A stretch of 63,724 bases of DNA, the filler included, from Octopus bimaculoides (taxonomy: Eukaryota), in assembly GCF_001194135.2 (NCBI RefSeq). It is 9 parts of 6 records of this genome, joined end to end, with 100 filler letters (N's around TTAATTAATTAA, not from the genome) between each part and the next. Parts side by side here need not be neighbours in the genome. Positions count along the whole stretch, not along the records: positions 62,492 to 63,724 come from NC_069004.1; 8 more parts are not named here. One strand, 5' to 3'. Made by a program: the position numbers and the translations under genes. This document shows positions 62,544 through 63,724 of this stretch, piece by piece. Position 1 is the stretch's first letter, and each line of letters starts with the position of its first letter. Below the pieces are notes generated by a model. That model worked only from the letters and a program-made list of their open reading frames with translations. It was not told the DNA's origin and ran no database searches.

Positions 62544-63724
62544 GTTGACAAATCAGTTTTTCGCAAACAGACGGACTTAGTGTTGTTTTGAATGATTTTG
62601 TCAATGTAATGATTTTTTTCCTTTTGTTATTTGATAACCATTACTTTTAGTTTACTTTACAAGCAAATTGAGCGTAATTTTGTTTACAGATGTTAGTTCA
62701 GTGTCAGTTTTAACATGGAGTGCAAAAGTGAACATTTTCGCCACAAGTTTCTTTCTTATTTCCGTAAAGGCAAGAAAGCTGCTGAGGCTCGCAAAGAGAT
62801 ATGTGAAGTTTATGGTGTTGCTTGTTCAACTGACCGCAAATGTCAGACATAGTTTTTTACTCAAAGATGACCAACGTTCAGGTTGACTTACTGAAATTGA
62901 GACAAGCCATAATTGAATCTGATTGCCAAATTAGTGTGAGAGAGATTGCAGAGAGATTAAATGTATCACACACAACAACTGAAAATCGCTCAAAATGTCT
63001 TGGACTTGTTAAGAAGCTCGATATTTGGGTTCCACATAAATTCAAAGAGATTAACTTAACACAATGAATGAATATTTGAGATATGCATCTCAAATGCAAT
63101 GAATCGGCCTTTTTTTTTAAACGAACCCACACTGGTGCTGAAAAATAGATTGTTTACAATAACATCAATCGTAAATGATCCTGCTCCAAGCGTAATGAAC
63201 CAGTACAAACCTCGTCGAAAGCTGAATTGCCTCAAAAAAGGTCATACCATCAATTCGGTGGGATTACAAAGGTATTGTGTATTTTGAGCTGTTTCCAAGG
63301 AACCAAACGATTAATTGAGATGTTTATTATCAACAACAATGAAACTGGAGGACGCATTCAAAGAAAAACGGCAAGAATTGGCAAATCGTAAAGGAATCGT
63401 GTTTCACCATGGCAACACTATCCCCCCACACATATTTCCTAACTCGTGAAAAATTATTGGAGCTTGGTTGGGAAGTGATGTCACATCCACCATATATCCC
63501 CGACCTTGCACCATCAGATTACCATTCATTTCAAAGTTTACAAAATTCTTTGAATGATAAAACTTTCAATAACGATGATGACCTGAAATCGCACTTGCTT
63601 CAGTTTTTTGCTGATAAGGACCAAAAGTTCTATGAGTGCGGAATCATGAAGTTGCCAGGAAGATAACAAACGGTTATCGGAATAAGTGGGAAAAGTATAA
63701 TTGATTAAAATTCATTGTTTGTAT
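62540..63724 (+). mobile_element. mariner (mellifera-like) transposase pseudogene, near full length
   Basis: ATG at 62715 MECKSEHFRHKFLSYFRKGKKAAEA; WVPH; HPPYIPDLAPSDYH; stop at 63706-08; multiple stops and frameshifts; left terminus TTGGGTTG.CAAAT next to (TA)n. Confidence 0.9.

Overview
AT-rich, gap-ridden eukaryotic scaffold, almost certainly cephalopod (Octopus-like). This is inferred from the SINE families, RTE tails and very dense TA/CA/TAA/GATA microsatellites. The only host gene I can support is part of a NIMA-related kinase, best match NEK4, on the + strand: four confident exons (5074-5170, 9862-9969, 10621-10778, 11652-12120) and one probable exon (15348-15440). The rest is a transposon graveyard: L1/Tx1-like, RTE, R4/Dong and Penelope-like retroelements, one Ty3/Gypsy RT fragment, three Tc1/mariner relics, hAT, piggyBac and Merlin-like MITEs, a Helitron, a HINE-like element and at least four SINE families. 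Eight N-TTAATTAATTAA-N spacers are artificial scaffold joins, so contiguity across them is not assured. The most notable observations are: (i) type I hammerhead ribozyme motifs at 51.1 kb (intact core), 51.35 kb and 57.55 kb, plus Penelope-type fold-backs; (ii) a tRNA-SINE subfamily whose 3' tail matches the 3' end of the local Tx1-like LINE; (iii) an intron-containing tRNA-Ile(UAU)-like pseudogene with a UGU anticodon that is matched by its intron; (iv) a Merlin-like MITE carrying TTAGGG repeats. All alignments were done by eye and family names come from memory of family motifs, not from database searches.
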